From positions 16,537,567 through 16,586,121 of the forward strand of contig NC_068994.1 of NCBI RefSeq assembly GCF_001194135.2: a DNA stretch of 48,555 nt, in the 5' to 3' direction. The DNA comes from Octopus bimaculoides. Lineage: Eukaryota. The position numbers were made by a program, and so were the translations under genes. Positions within the stretch are counted from its first letter, which is position 1. Every line of letters begins with the position of its first letter. Below the pieces are notes generated by a model, which saw only the letters and a list, made by a program, of their open reading frames with translations, ran no database searches and was not told the DNA's origin. Below are positions 47,508 to 48,555 of this stretch, piece after piece.

Positions 47508-47657
47508 TCCCACTTTGTACCAAAAAAGCAGTTTTAGATGACATACGCTTCTACATACAAGACGTTCACGGCTACAATTACCGGATGCCGTGTCCTCTCG
47601 GAACCATCTTCTCTGTTGACACATGTTCCTGCATCAGAGGTCGTCGAAATATCACAA
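47508..47657 (+). CDS. Coding exon 4: third (partial) chitin-binding-like module preceding the expected LamG domain
   Basis: ttttaattttcag|TCCCACTT...ATCACAA|gttagt; 150 nt, phase 1-1, open. (I)PLCTKKAVLDDIRFYIQDVHGYNYRMPCPLGTIFSVDTCSCIRGRRNIT; the MPC..GT.F....C.C motif matches the segment that precedes LamG in Pif-like proteins. Confidence 0.9.
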
Positions 47658-48174
47658 GTTAGTAGGCACCACTTCTCTTAACTACTGAAGCACTTATTTT
47701 GTCTACTCTGAAGATTGTGCCCAGAATTATTTTTACTATCAAAGAGATATTGTTCATATGTATTTTATTGGGATTATTGAAGAGATAGAGTTTCTCTGTT
47801 GAGGATTATTTCAAGGTAGATAACTTTACTCAGACTAAACTAGCAAAGAAGTCATTTTAAATATAACTTTAAAATTTGTTCTCGTGTTTGCTAAGAAGCT
47901 GTTGGATGAAATCAGATACCGAAGAAAATACTGTTATTTGAAAGTATAAATATAGTGATTATGTCGTGGTGCTTTTGAAAACGATTAAGTTATTCTGTCT
48001 CCCCTGAAAGAAGTTTTGCTATTCTGTACATAGATATGCTGCAAATTCAACGTAAAATGTCCAGGTTGTTTGTGAATGACGCCTGTGTGCTAATGGTTAT
48101 CGAGAAGTAATAGATGATATCATCTACCAGAAGAAAAATTAGCAATAAATAATCTAATTTCAATTATATTCTAT

Positions 48175-48555
48175 ATACCCAATGACTGGTGTAGCAGCAT
48201 CATAGTCAACTGCTACAAAGGTAAAGGGGACGCTTTAGATACAAATAATTACAGAGGCATCAAGCTGTTAGATCAGGTTATGAAAGTTACAGAGAGGGTC
48301 ATAGCCCAACTAATTAGGGAGCGAATCAATTTAGATGAGATGCAGTTTGGGTTCGTGCCAGGTAAAAGCACTACTGATGCCTTATTTCTAGTGAGACAGT
48401 TGCAGGAGAAATACCTAGCTAAGGATAAACCTCTGTACCTGGCTTTCGTTGACATGGAGAAAGCCTTTGACAGGGTCCCCCGATCCCTTATCTGGTGGTC
48501 AATGAGGAAACTTGGGATAGAAGAATGGTTAGTGAGAGCTGTGCGAGCCATGTAC
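48175..48555 (+). mobile_element. 5'-truncated RTE-clade LINE, reverse transcriptase region, open frame to the window end
   Basis: IPNDWCSSIIVNCYKGKGDALDTNNYRGIKLLDQVMKVTERVIAQLIRERINLDEMQFGFVPGKSTTDALFLVRQLQEKYLAKDKPLYLAFVDMEKAFDRVPRSLIWWSMRKLGIEEWLVRAVRAMY with no stops or frameshifts. Confidence 0.95.

Noticed and set aside
1-48555. CRISPR arrays, rRNA, genuine tRNA genes, prokaryotic operons
   Set aside because: None seen; tRNA-like A/B boxes all belong to SINE heads, and the tandem repeats lack unique spacers.

Overview
Eukaryotic, AT-rich, microsatellite- and transposon-dense draft-assembly DNA with 10 N-gaps. The SINE families and the mollusc-type gene point to an octopod cephalopod (probably Octopus; inference). 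One protein-coding gene is supportable. It is on the + strand with four coding exons (27917-28037, 32851-33048, 44218-44430, 47508-47657), all joined in phase 1 with canonical AG/GT sites. They encode a signal peptide plus three Cys-rich chitin-binding type-2 (CBM14/peritrophin-A-like) modules with the spacing of molluscan Pif/BMSP-like (LamG3-type) matrix proteins. The gene runs off the 3' end of the window, where a LamG domain is expected but not visible. Two candidate non-coding 5' exons lie at 8505-8601 and 16814-16909. The rest is repeats: two tRNA-derived SINE families; RTE and R4/Dong LINE remnants; an apparently young RTE RT fragment at the window end; mariner, Tigger/pogo, hAT, piggyBac-type, Merlin-like, Chapaev3-like and Helitron pieces; Gypsy-type solo LTRs; and short Penelope-type repeats carrying minimal hammerhead-ribozyme cores. 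Notable structures are a head-to-head degenerate telomeric array, a 210-bp palindrome, a mariner MITE built from two inverted 5' ends, and antisense SINEs carrying ready-made poison-exon splice sites. Almost all ORFs in the supplied track are artefacts of N-gaps, microsatellites or repeats. TE boundaries were read by eye and are approximate unless TIR/TSD evidence is quoted; family names come from motif recognition, not database searches.
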